This document shows, piece after piece, positions 36,529 through 48,433 of a DNA stretch of 64,000 nt (the first letter of the stretch is position 1; each line of letters begins with the position of its first letter). The notes beneath the pieces are model-generated. The model did not search any database and was not told the origin of the DNA. It worked only from the letters and a program-made list of their open reading frames with translations. The stretch covers positions 577,220,001 through 577,284,000 of the forward strand of contig JBNRSN020000002.1 in assembly GCA_051313645.2 (NCBI GenBank). The letters are read 5' to 3'. The position numbers and the translations under genes were made by a program. This DNA comes from Centroscyllium fabricii (taxonomy: Eukaryota).

Positions 36529-38273
36529 TGATGGAATAAAGACTTACCAAGCTTTAGTGAACATAAAGCTAGGCTTTATTCAACTTATAACACAACATTA
36601 AAAAATTTTTTTTTTTATCCATTTAGCCATTTTTTTATCCTAGGCTGGCTGGCTGGGCCTGCATTTAGTGCCCATCTCTAATCGCCCTTGAGAAGATGGT
36701 GGTGAGCCACCTTCTTGAACCGCTGCAGTCCATATGGTGTAGGTACACCCACAATGTTGTTAGGAAGGGAGTTCCAGGATTTTGGCCCAGCGACAGTGAA
36801 GGAGCGGCGATACAGGTCCAAGTCAGGATGGTGTGTGGCTTGGAGGGGAACTTGTAGGTGGTGCTGTTCCCATGCGTCTGCTGCCCTTGTCCTTCTAAGT
36901 GGTAGAGGTCGCGGGTTTGGAAGGTGCTGTTGAAGGAGCTTTGGCGAGTTGCTGCAGTGCATCTTGTAGATGGTACACACTGCAGCCACAGTGCGCCGGT
37001 GGTGGAGGGAGTGAATGTTGAAGGTGGTGGATGGAGTGCCAATCAAGCGGCCTGCTTTATCCTGAATGGTGTCGAGCTTCTGGAGTGTTGTTGGAGCTGC
37101 ACTCATCCAGGCAAGTGGAGAGTATTCCATCACACTCCTGACTTGTGCCTTGTAGATGGTGGAAAGGCTTTGGGGAGTCAGGAGGTGAGACACTCGCCGC
37201 AGAATTCCCAGCCTCTGGCCTGCTCTTTTAGCCACAGTATTTATATGGCTGGTCCCGTTCAGTTTCCAATCAATGATAACCCCCAGGATGTTGATAGTGG
37301 GGGATTCAGCGATGATAATGCCATTGAATGTCAAGGGGAGATGGTTAGAGTCTCGCTTGTTGGAGATGGTCATTGCCTGGCACTTGTGTGGTGCGAATGT
37401 TACTTGCCACTTGTCAGCCCAAGTCTGAATGTTGTCCAGGTCTTGCTGCATATGGACACAGACTGCGTCAGTATCTGACGAGTCTCGAATGGTCCTGAAC
37501 AGTGTGCAATCATCAGCGAACATCCCCACTTCTGACCTTATGATGGAGGGAAGGTCATTGATGAAACAGCTGAAGATGGTTGGGCCGAGGACACTGCCCT
37601 GAGGAACTCCTGCAGTGATGTCCTGTGGTTGAGATGAATGACCTCCAACAACCACAGCCAACTTCCTTTGTGCTAGGTATGATTCCAACCAATGGAGAAT
37701 TTCCCCTTGATTCCCATTGACTTCAGCTTTGCCAGGGCTCCTTGATGCCACACTCGTTCAAATGCTGCCTTGATGTCAACGCAGTGATTCTCACCTCACC
37801 TCTTGAGTTCAGCTCTTTTGTCCATGTTTGGACCAAGGCTGTAATGAGGTCAGGAGCTGAGTGGCCCTGGGGGAACCCAAACTGGGCGTCAGTTAGCAGG
37901 TTATTGCTGAGTAAGTGCTGCTTGGTAGCACTGTCGACACCTTCCATCACTTTGCTGATGATTGAGAGTAGACTGATGGGACGGTAATTAGCCAGGTCGG
38001 AATTGTCCTGCTTTTTGGAGACAGGACATACTTGGGCAATTTTCCACATTGCTGGGTAGATGCCAGTGTTGTAGCTGTACTGGAACAGCTAAAGATAGTA
38101 AGCTAGTTCAGTCACTAGCCTCCAACTTCCAGAGTGTCTCAGTCCAACTGGTGCATAAATTCCAGTATTTATACTTCCTGGTCAGGTGCCCTCAGCTGGC
38201 CGACCAGTAACTGTTCCTGGGTTGGTTGGAAGTCCAACCAATAACTCTTTATTTAGGAAGTCGTATTTTACGA
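36529..38273 (-). mobile_element. Probable solo LTR (~250 bp net), itself split by a LINE
   Basis: 5-bp TSD GTGTC (36524-36528, 38274-38278); TG start; minus-strand TATAAATA (~38165) and AATAAA (~36575). Confidence 0.55.
36600..38090 (-). mobile_element. CR1/L2-group LINE of a second lineage (RT region to 3' end)
   Basis: NYRPISLLS, PQGSVLGP..FADDC, KSWNSLP; A-rich tail at the left end. Confidence 0.9.
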
Positions 38274-38499
38274 GTGTCATTGGCAAATTTGGATATGTGG
38301 CTTTCTATCCCAGCACCTAAGTCATTAATAAATACGGTGAATAGTTGAGGCCCCAGCAGATTCAGTATCCCACTGAACGAAAAGGCTTGCACAAATTGAA
38401 GAAAAAGTGAAAGTCTAGTTGACTGGGAGCAACAAGGGTCTGCAAAGAAAATAGAGGCGCAAATAAGAAATATTAATTAAAAGACTTGCTGCTATCCCA

Positions 38500-38840
38500 G
38501 CTAACAGCAAAAAAATATATATATATATTGAGAGAAAGTGTGAAAGGGGAATGTGGGTCCATTAAATGGAGATGCAGGCGTGCCTCCAATGGGCAGTATG
38601 GAGATAGCAGACTTGTTAATTGAGTACTTTGTACAGGATATCCATCTTCAGAGTGGAGGAAGAGGATAAAATATCAGCACAACAGAACCGAAAACTACGT
38701 CAAGGGTAGGAACTTAGTGGATTTGATACAAGTTTATAAAAATAGTCATGGAGAAAATAATGGGACAAGATCGTCGACTATCCAGCACCTGAGTTTCCAC
38801 TAATAATCAGCAATAAGTGAGGAAATTGCAGATGCGTTGG
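38500..38840 (+). mobile_element. Degenerate CR1 ORF2 fragment (pre-RT region)
   Basis: Similar to 41870-42190 (NVGPL..., EIADLL.EYF, EEIADAL). Confidence 0.55.
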
Positions 38841-38849
38841 TCACTCCAG

Positions 38850-39196
38850 TGATTTGAGCCGTATGAAGGAAATGCTGCATTGTCAGAAGTGCCGTCTTTT
38901 GGATGAGATGTTCTACTGAGGCCCTATCTGCCCTCTTGGGTGGATATAAACGATCCCATAGTACTATTTAAACAGGGGGGAGTTCTCCTGGTGGCCTGGC
39001 CAACATTTATCTCTCAATAAACGCCACCAAAACAGAGTATCTGGCCATTGCCTCACTGCTGTTTGTGGGACCTTGCTGTGTGCAAATTGGCTGCTGCGTT
39101 TGCCTCTAACAATAGTGAGTACAGTTCAAAAATACTTCATTGACGATGCAAAGCTTTGCGGTGTCCTGTGGATGTGAAAGGTGCTTTATAAATGTA
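38850..39196 (+). mobile_element. Deu-domain SINE, degenerate
   Basis: tttgtgggaccttgctgtgtgcaaattggctgc core, reverse of the 3840-4285 copy. Confidence 0.78.
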
Positions 39197-39354
39197 CCCT
39201 CTTTAAATGATGGGTATGAAGGCTTATTTGCTAAACAATCTGAACTATTTCTAGTGTCTGATACAATTATTAGAATGGAAATATATGTAACCTCCATCAT
39301 TTCTTTAAATTTGACTAACTGTATTAACCATTGCATTTTGTCTTCTAATCGCAG

Positions 39355-39493
39355 CTGCCCCCTTACATCGTAGATCATGGTGAGACTGGTCCAGTAAGGT
39401 GCAATAGGTGCAAGGCTTACATGTGCCCCTATATGCAGTTTATTGAAGGTGGGCGGAGGTTCCAGTGTGCATTCTGCAGCTGTGTCACTGAAG
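39355..39493 (+). CDS. SEC24C: SEC24C coding exon 9 (zinc finger)
   Basis: tcgcag| [46 protein letters not shown] |gtaatc. Confidence 0.96.
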
Positions 39494-40482
39494 GTAATCC
39501 TTTTTGTCCCATTGGAAGGAAACTGTTGAGCTATCTGAATATTTTCCCCCTCTTGTTCAACCTCCAAATAAAATACTATTGGAGAACAGCAGAGTCAAGT
39601 TCACAAATCTCCATGCAGCACCGTGTTGAAAGTGACTGTGTTGAACAGGTCACGGGGCTGCACTTCAGACTTGACATGCTTTGCTTTTCCCTTGCCTTCC
39701 CCACACTCTCTGTGGAAGAGGGAACTGAAACCAGCCCTCTGCTGGGCACCTGAGTGTAAATTTCTGTTGAACAGCGTCTGGTCTCTGAGTGCTCTAGCTC
39801 TCTCACTCCCAGGCTAGCTGCTCTACAAAACGTTTGATGTGTCATCAGATGCACCTCTCTAGTTTTTGACACTTTTAAGATGCTTTTTCTAGAAATGCAC
39901 GTTGTTGTAATACATAACTTCAGTTTAAATGCAGCAGAATAAAGAGGGTGGTGCATGTCGGTACCAACGATATCGGTAAGAAGCGGGAAGAGGTCCTACA
40001 AGCAGAATTTAGGGAGCTAGGAGCTAAATTAAAAAGTAGGACCTCAAAGGTAGTAATCTCTGGATTGCTACCAGTGCCACGTGCTAAGCAGAGTAGAGCG
40101 AGCAGGATAGCTAGATTAAACACGTGGCTTGAGCAGTGGTGCAAGAGGGAGGGATTCAAATTCCTGAGGCATTGGAACCAGTTCTGGGGGAAGTGGGACC
40201 TGTACAAAAGGGACGGTCTGCACTTGGGCAGGACTGGAACCGATGTCCTGGGGGTAACATTTGCTAACGCAGTATGGCAGGGGGATGGGAACCTAGGCAG
40301 TGAAACAGGGGGAAGTAATATGCAGTCTGAAACAAATGGTAGAAGGGTGAGAAGCAATAGGGAAAGGCTGAGTAAACAAGGGCAAGAAACACAAAAGGCC
40401 ACGCCAAAGCATAAATCTAAAAGGACAACGGGTGTTAAAAAAACAAGCCTGAAGGCTCTGTGTCTTAATGCAAGGAGTATCC

Positions 40483-40840
40483 TTGGAGAGACCCGGGTTC
40501 AAATCCAGCCTCGGGTACTATCTGTGTGGAGTTTGCACATTCTCCCCGTGTTTGCGTGGGTTTCCTCCGGGTGCTCTGGTTTCCTCCCACAGTCCAAAGA
40601 TGTGCAGGTTAGGTTGATTGGCCAGGTTAAATTGACCCTTAGTGTTAGGGGGATTGACTGTGTGGGGTTACGGGGATAGGGTGGGATGTGTCGGTGCAGG
40701 CTCGAGAGGGATCGAGGGATATGGGGACAAGGCAGGGACAGGGTGCTGGGTTTGGATGATCAGCCATGATCTCATTGAATGGCGGAGCAGGCTCGACGGG
40801 CCGAATGGCCTACTCCTGCTCCTATCTTCTATGTTTCTAT
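40483..40840 (+). mobile_element. 5'-truncated V-SINE inserted in CR1 ORF2
   Basis: GTATCC duplicated at 40477-40482 and 40841-40846. Confidence 0.9.
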
Positions 40841-42714
40841 GTATCCGTAATAAGGTGGATGAATTAACTGCAAATAGATGTTAACGGATATGATGTGATT
40901 GGGATTACAGAGATGATCAGGGCTGGGAACTGAACATCGAGGGATATTCAACTTTCAGGAAAGATAGAAAAAAAGGAAAAGGGGGTGGGGTAGCATTGCT
41001 GGTTAAAAAGGAGATTAATGCAATAGCTAGGAAGGACATTTGCTTGGAGGATGTGGAATCCATATCGGTGGAGCTGCAGAACACCAAAGGACAGAAAATG
41101 TTAAGTGGGAGTTGTGTACAGACCTCCAAACAGTGGTAGGGAGTTAGGGGAGTGTATGAAACAGGAAATAAGGGATGCGTGCAATAAAGGCACTGCAGTC
41201 ATCATGGGTGACTTTAATATGCATATAGATTGGGCTACTCAAACTGGAAGCAATACGGTAGAGGAAGATTTCCTGGAGTGCCTAAGGGATGGTTTCCTAG
41301 AACAATATGTATAGGAACCAACTAGAGGGGAGGCCATCCTGGACTGGGTGTTGAGTAATGAGGAAGGACTAATTAGCAATCTTGTGGTGCGAGGCCCCTT
41401 GGGGAAGAGTGACCATAGTATGGTGGAGTTCTTCATTAGGATGGAGAAGGAAACAGCTAATTCAGGGACCTTGGTCCAAAACTTAAATAAGGGCAACTTT
41501 GAGGGTATGAGGCGTGAACTGGCTAGGTTAGATTGGCAAATGATATTTAAGGGGTTGTCAGTGGATGGGCAATGGCAGTCATTTAGAGATCACATGGATG
41601 AACTACAAAAATTGTACATCCCTGTCTGGCGTAAAAATAAAAAAGGGAAGGTGGCTCAACCATGGCTAACAAGGGAAATCAGGGATAGTATTAAAGCCAA
41701 GGAAGTGGCATACAAATTGGCCAGAAGTAGCAGCAAACCCATTGACTGGGAGAAATTTAAAACTCAGCAGAGGAGGACGAAGGGTTTGATTAAGGCAGGG
41801 AAAATAGAATATGAAAGGAAGCTTGCAGAGAACCTTAAAACTGACTGTAAAAGTTTCTATAGATATGTAAAGAGAAAGAGGTTAGCAAAAACAAACGTAG
41901 GTCCCCTGCAGTCGGAAGCAGGGGAAGTCATAATGGGGAACAAAGAAATGGCGGATCAATTGAACAAGTACTTTGGTTCGGTATTTACTAATGAGGACAC
42001 AAACAACCTTCCGGACATAAAAGGGGTCAGAGGGTCTAGTAAAAAGGAGGAGCTGAGGGAGATCCTATTTAATCGGGAAAATGTGTTCGGGAAATTGATG
42101 GCACTGAAGGCTGATAAATCCCCAGAGCCTGATGGTCTGCATCCCAGAGTACTTAAAGAAGTGGCCTTGGAAATAGTGGATGCATTGACGATCATTTTCC
42201 AACATTCCATAGACTCTGGATCAGTTCCAATGGAGTGGAGGGTGGCTAACGTAACCCCACTTTTTAAAAAAGGAGGGAGGGGGAAAACAGGGAATTACAG
42301 ACCAGTCAGCCTGACATCGGTAGTGGGTAAAATGATGGAATCAATTATTAAGGATGTCATAGCAGACCATTTGGAAAGTGGTGACATGATAGGTCCAAGT
42401 CAGCATGGATTTGCAAAAGGGAAATCATGCTTGACAAATCTTCTGGAATTTTTTGAGGATGTTTCCAGTAGAATGGAGAGGGGAGAACCAGTGGATGTGG
42501 TGTACTTGGACTTTCAGAAGGTTTTCGACAAGGTCCCACACAAGAGATTGGTGTGCAAAGTTAAAGCACATGGGATTGGGGTAATGTGTTGACGTGGATT
42601 GAGAACTGGTTGGCACACAGGAAACAAAGAGTAAGAGTAATGGGCAGTTTTCAGAATGGCAGGCAGTGACCAGCGGGGTACCGCAAGGTTCAGTGCTGGG
42701 GCCCCAGCTGTTTA

Positions 42715-43016
42715 AAAAAAAAAATGTATTCGTTGATGGGATGTGGGCGTCGCTGGCTGGCTAGGCCTGCATTTAGTGCCCATCCCTAATTGCCCTTGAG
42801 AAGATGGTGGTGAGCCGCCTTCTTGAACCGCTGCAGTCCATATGGTGTAGGTACACCCACAATGGTGCGAAGCGGTTGTTTACAACTGAGTGGCTTGCTG
42901 GGCCATTTCAGAGGGCATTAAGAGTCAACCACATTGCTGTGGGTCTGGAGTCACATGTAGGCCAGACCAGGTAAGGACGGCAGATTTCCTTCCCTAAAGG
43001 ACATTAGTGAACCAGA
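42715..43016 (-). mobile_element. Third-family SINE, truncated, inserted in the CR1 RT
   Basis: Matches 60465-60760; TTTA at both flanks. Confidence 0.82.
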
Positions 43017-44131
43017 TTTACATTATATATTAATGATTTGGACGAAGGGATTAAGTGTTGTATCTCCAAATTTGCAGATGACACTAAATTGGGAGGCAGC
43101 GTGAGCTGCGAGGAGGATGCTAAGAGGCTACAGAGTGACTTGGACAGGTTAGGTGAATGGGCAAATGTATGGCAGATGAAGTACAATGTGGATAAATGTG
43201 AGGTTATCCACTTTGGTAGTAAAAATAGAGAGACAGACTATTACCTGAATGGTGACAGATTAGGGAAAGGGGAAGTGCAACGAGACCTGGGCGTCATGGT
43301 CCATCAGTCACTGAAGGTGGAAATGCAGGTACGGCAGGCAGTTAAGAAAGCAAATGGCATGTTGGCCTTCATAGCGAGGGGATTTGAGTACAGGAGTAAG
43401 GAGGTGTTGCTACAGTTGTACAGGGCCTTGGTGAGGCCACACTTGGAGTATTGTGTGCAGTTTTGGTCTCCTAACTTGAGGAAGGACATTCTTGCTATTG
43501 AGGGAGTGCAGCGAAGGTTCACTAGATTGATTCCCGGGATGGCCGGACTGACATATCAAGAAAGACTGGATCAACTGAACTTGTACTCTCGAGTTCAGAA
43601 GAATGAGGGGGGATCTCATAGAAACGTTTAAAATACTGACCGGTTTAGACAGGTTAGATGCGGGCAGAATGTTCCCAATGTTGGGGAAGTCCAGAACCAG
43701 GGGGCACAGACTAAGGATAAGGAGTAAGCCATTTAGGATCGAGGTGAGGAGAAACTTCTTCACCCAGAGAGTGGTGAACCTGTGGAATTCCCTACCACAG
43801 AAAGTTGTTGAGGCCAGTTCACTAAATATATTCAAAAGGGAGTTAGATATAATACTTACAACTAGGGGGATCAAGGAATATGGCGAGAAAGCAGGAACGG
43901 GGTACTGATGTAGCATGTTCAGCAATGAACGTATTGAATGGCGGTGCAGGCTCGAAGGGCCGAATGGTCTCCTCCACCTATTTTCTATGTTTCTATGTGT
44001 GGATCGACTTTAAAGTTGTGTTGCTAATAATGTGTGACTGACTTGTCCAAATGCCTTTCCCATTTTTCCTAATTGCCTATTCTGATGTACCTGGTTTGGC
44101 TGTATTGTAATGTGTATTTCTCTTTCTCCAG

Positions 44132-44247
44132 TACTGCCTCACTATTTCCAACATTTGGATCACACTGGCAAGCGAATGGACTACTATGATCGACCAGAGC
44201 TCTCACTTGGTTCCTATGAATTTTTAGCTACTGTAGACTACTGCAAG
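44132..44247 (+). CDS. SEC24C: SEC24C coding exon 10
   Basis: ttctccag| [38 protein letters not shown] |gtattt. Confidence 0.96.
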
Positions 44248-44477
44248 GTATTTTATTGCAGTGACTATACTCATTAATCTGCATTCTTCTATTATGGTGG
44301 TTAAATTATCCATTTTAAATCCTCCTAGTTATAATTTTCAGAGACACGATATATTCTACAAATCTTGTCCAGGTTTGCTGATTCAGATCATATCCTGCGA
44401 TTATTGCATGATATATCTTTCAATTTGTAGCTTTGAATGATTCATAATTTAAGTTTACTGACCTAGGTAAATATATA

Positions 44478-44822
44478 CTGGTTGAGCACCGTTAATCCGG
44501 CACCCTCGGGACCAGGCCGGTGCTGGACCACTGAAAATTCTGAACCACTGAAGGTTCGGGGGAGCACGCGGTAGAATACTCCCCAGGGCCCGGAGCGCAC
44601 AGTCGAACACTCCCCGGGAGGGAGCCCGGGGCTGGAACTCTTACAAGACGTAAAAAAACAGAAACCCAAACGCCCGACGCCTTCGGCGCTCGCCTACCCT
44701 TCGCAGGAAATGGTGGCGCCGTCGAGCGGCTGCTCCGCAAAATGAAGAGCGCCGGTTTCCAATCGTGCCGAACCACTGAAGCTGCCAGACCATCGGGTGC
44801 TCGATTACCGGTGCTCAACCTG
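44478..44822 (-). mobile_element. Tigger/pogo-like MITE ('empty' sister of 45135-45816)
   Basis: TA|CTGGTTGAGCACCGTTAATCCGGCACCC ... CGGTGCTCAACCTG|TA. Confidence 0.92.
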
Positions 44823-45134
44823 TATCTGTAACTTCTCTGCCACACTTGTGCAACTTAATGTCGTTAGATAACAAACCAAACTACAGGTAGTAAGAAATCC
44901 GATTTGTTGCTGATATCGGATGATTTACTCTTTGTTCAGTAAATTTTCCCATGAGTGATTTGCTTGCTGTCAGATACAGGAGAGCAGATACTTGGGAATT
45001 ATTTTCACCTTGTCAACTCCTGGGCAGCACCTTGTTGCTGTGTTTGCATTGACGTATGTCCATGCCTGACTTTAAGCAAGATCAGAAGGAATATTTATGA
45101 ATGGGAGTTGCTGTACACTAGGAACATTCGCGTA

Positions 45135-45816
45135 CAGGTTGAGCACCGTTAATCCGGCACCCGATGGTCCGGCACCTTCAGTGGTTCGGCAGAAATCGAA
45201 ACCGGCGGCCTTCAGTTTGCGGAGCAGCCGCTCGGCAGTGCCACCGTTTCCTGCGAAGGGTGGGCGAGCGCCGACGGCGTCGGGCGTTTCGGTTTCTGTT
45301 TTTGAGTGTTCTATCCCCAGGCTCCCTCCCGGGGAGTGTTCTACCAGCACGCTCCGGGCCCCGGGGAGCAAGGCAACGACTGGGCTATAAACCATGGACA
45401 GCCACGGCAGGAAAGTAGTGGTCTGTGACAACGGAACCGGGGTAGGTTTGTATTTTATTGGCCTAGATGCGAGAAGAGGAAGTGAAGCGGCGGCCCGGCC
45501 ACGCCTCTCTCCCCTCAGCCTCGCTCCCCTCAGCCTCTCCCTGCGGCCCAGGGTGAGGGCTCTGCGGTCACAATACCTCACCGTGCGCGGCAGTCCGAGT
45601 GTGTGGGCGTGGGCGGGATTTCTCTCCGGCAGCACCACCGCGGCCTGGTATTACTGACGGCTCCGTGAGCACCTGAGAGGCCGAGCCTCCTCCACTCACC
45701 CCCTGCACCTCTCACTGCAACCGCTTGCATTTATGTTTAGCTTCAGTGGTTCGGAATTTTCAGTAATCCGGCACCGGCCTGGTCCCGAGGGTGCCGGATT
45801 ACCGGTGCTCAAGCTG
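45135..45816 (+). mobile_element. Tigger/pogo-like Pack-type MITE carrying an ACTR2 exon-1/intron-1 fragment
   Basis: TA|CAGGTTGAGCACCGTTAATCCGGCACCC ... GGGTGCCGGATTACCGGTGCTCAAGCTG|TA; ~45369-45740 absent from sister copies. Confidence 0.92.
45394..45441 (+). pseudogene. ACTR2: Captured first coding exon of ACTR2 (Arp2): MDSHGRKVVVCDNGTG then donor gtaggt
   Basis: 15/16 identity to the recalled vertebrate Arp2 N-terminus MDSQGRKVVVCDNGTG; similarity stops exactly at a GT donor; Kozak accATGG. Confidence 0.88.
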
Positions 45817-46225
45817 TACCAATTAAATTACAAAGGCCATTCCTACAATACATAATTAGGTGACAGGATGTTTTAGAATCAGTGTTGCAGCATGGTGAGT
45901 GATCAGTCTTTACCAGTGGTTGTCTGTACCAAATTGTGCCGCGGTTTCTTTGGTGGTGGGGGCAGGGGCAGGGGCAGGGTGATGCTAAGGCGTTTAGGGA
46001 TTTCCTCCAACTTTGTCAAAATAAAAATCAAGTCAAGCCAACAACACCCCTTTTGTACACATCAACCTGGCAATTGCGTCAGCAGCACTGCAATTGTCAT
46101 CTGCTCCGCTCGCTTCAGGTGGGTTTCCCCGTCCCCAGTTTGTTCTGGTTTTTCCTGCTTTGCAGAAAATGGACAATGGACTTGAGATCCTTCAACTGAA
46201 ATTTCATAAAGGCTTTCTTTTACAG

Positions 46226-46350
46226 AACAATAAAGTTCCTAATCCGCCTGCTTTCATCTTTATGATTGATGTGTCCTACAATGCACTGAAGAGTGGGCTC
46301 GTCCATCTACTGTGTGAGGAGCTGAAAGCTCTGCTGGATTACCTTCCAAG
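46226..46350 (+). CDS. SEC24C: SEC24C coding exon 11 (start of trunk domain)
   Basis: ttttacag| [42 protein letters not shown] |gtgagc; starts phase 0. Confidence 0.96.
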
Positions 46351-46489
46351 GTGAGCGAATATTTGCTGTTACTGCATAAATGGTAATAACCAGGTCCATT
46401 GTCAGTGGTTTCTCAACAATGTTCTCATGTATTAGCAGCAATCTGTCTAATGGAAATAAGTTGCCATCCACTCCAGTACTTAAAATCAT

Positions 46490-47160
46490 TATACTTTAAA
46501 TGTATTCTGAACCTTCTCTGCTCTAAGCTTCTCCAGTCTCTCCACATACCTGAAGTCCCTCATCCAGGGTACCATTCTAGTAAATCTCCTCCGCGCTCGC
46601 TCCAAAGGCCTTGACGTTGTTCCTAAATTGCCCAGAATGGGACACAGTACTCCAGCTGGTGCCTAGCCAGTGATCTCTGAGGGTTTCGCATAACTTCCTT
46701 GCTTTTGTTCTCTATGCCTATATTTATAAAGCCAAGGATCCCGTGTGCTTTTCAACAGCCTTCTCAACTTGTCCTGCCACCTTCAAAGTTTTGTGTACAG
46801 ACACCCCCAGGTGTCTCTGTTCTTTCACCCCCTTTAAAATGGTGCCATTTACTTTCTACATTACCTCACACTTCTCTGCATTAAATCTCATCTGCCATGT
46901 GTCCTCCTGAAGTCTGTTACTATCCTCCTCGCTGTATACTGCATTTTCGAGTTTAGTGTCATCTGCAAGCTTTTGAAATTCTGCCCTGTTGTCGGCAAGT
47001 CCAGATCATGAATTGAAACGAGCAGTGGTCCGAATACCGACCCCTGGGGAGCACCACTGCAGACTTCCCTCCACTCTGGAAAAACAACCACTCACCTCTA
47101 CTCTCTGCATTCTGTCCCTTTGCCAATTTTGTATCCACGCTGTCACTGTCCCTTTAATCT
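46490..47160 (-). mobile_element. Old degenerate CR1 fragment
   Basis: CSGAPQGSVFGP and other RT remnants on the minus strand. Confidence 0.7.
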
Positions 47161-47462
47161 CAACAGAATTGCAGCAATTTGTTTACTTCAGCGGATTAGC
47201 TGTGATACAATATTTGTAACCGCGACGATGAAAGAAATGTAGGTCGTTCCTTCACACCCAGTGAGAAGTTTTGAAACCGGAAACTCTGCTACAATGCTTT
47301 GTGACCCTGATCATTACTCATTTGCTTATAGTCTGTCTGTAGCATTGTTTCAGCATGGCGCACCCTATTAAAGGCACTTCACTTAGGACCTAATGTAACT
47401 TAAGTGTTGTGCTGCAAAGTAATCTCTGTATAGTTTTGGACTTGTTGCTTTTCCTCCTCCAG

Positions 47463-47654
47463 GGAGGGCAATGCAGAGGAATCGGCGATAAGGGTTGGAT
47501 TTGTAACTTACAACAAAGTTCTGCATTTTTACAACGTGAAGAGCTCATTGGCGCAGCCGCAGATGATGGTGGTGTCTGATATAGCCGACATGTTTGTCCC
47601 CTTGCTTGACGGATTCCTGGTCAATGTGAATGAGTCGCGGACTGTCATAAACAG
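47463..47654 (+). CDS. SEC24C: SEC24C coding exon 12
   Basis: cctccag| [39 protein letters not shown]... |gtaagc. Confidence 0.96.
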
Positions 47655-48339
47655 GTAAGCACCCCATCCAGTGACGATCCTACAGCGTCACAGCCAAGCT
47701 CCGACTTTCATGCTGATCATTGCAACGCGGTATTCTGGAGTGTAATGTCTGTACTCTGAGGTGTAACAGTTGTTCAGTGGTGACTCCACTGTGCCATACC
47801 CCTTCTAACTCCCAAACCCATTCCTGCTGGTGTGCAGATAATAGTTGGAACCTAAACTGCCATTTACTGTACAAAATCTGAAACGAGATACTAAAATATC
47901 GGTGCCACTGCTTGTGAAAGGTACCACTGAGGTACGGGCTCTGGCACTTGGCTATTCTTTTGGTACTCTGATGTTGGGACTTGGACAGGTTTTCAGAACT
48001 CAAATTGGGCTGATTTCATGGCATTTTCCACTGGTGCATTCCCATATATTGCCAGATTCATTGAATTCAGTTTCACGATTTAATATTGTGACCTCTGGGT
48101 TGCTAGTCCTGGACCGTAACCATATCCTTGCTTACTGTTGGGAATCTTGTGTATTGTGAAACGTAGGCTCTTGGAACATATAATACTTTAGTTCTCCTGA
48201 TTTGCAGTTTGATCTGAATGTGATGTTTGGTAAATCTTGGTGTAGCTCATGGAACTGAATTACAGTCTTGCTGTCAATGAAGGATTCAATAATGACAAAG
48301 TAATGAACTCACTTTCCCCCCCCCCCCCCCCCCCCCCAG

Positions 48340-48433
48340 TTTGTTAGAACAGATTCCTGAGATGTTTGCTGATACCAGAGAGACAGAGACAGTCTTTGGA
48401 CCAGTCGTTCAGGCTGGCCTCGAGGCTCTAAAG
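48340..48433 (+). CDS. SEC24C: SEC24C coding exon 13
   Basis: (C)22 ag| [31 protein letters not shown] |gtaaga. Confidence 0.96.

Larger units (their letters stand above)
39935..43997 (+). mobile_element. Long CR1 LINE: 3' part of ORF1 (SGNH/GDSL esterase) plus ORF2 (APE endonuclease, RT), disrupted
   Basis: VHVGTNDI...DGLHL; CLNARS, VYRPP, MGDFN, SDH; NYRPVSLTS, FADD; frameshifts and two SINE insertions. Confidence 0.95.

Noticed and set aside
39935-43997. Active autonomous CR1
   Set aside because: 5'-truncated ORF1, several frameshifts and two SINE insertions in ORF2.
45394-45657. Intact nested ACTR2 gene or 87-aa protein
   Set aside because: Similarity ends at the donor after 16 codons; no ACTR2 exon 2 (FVKCGYAG) is seen downstream; it lies inside TIRs.
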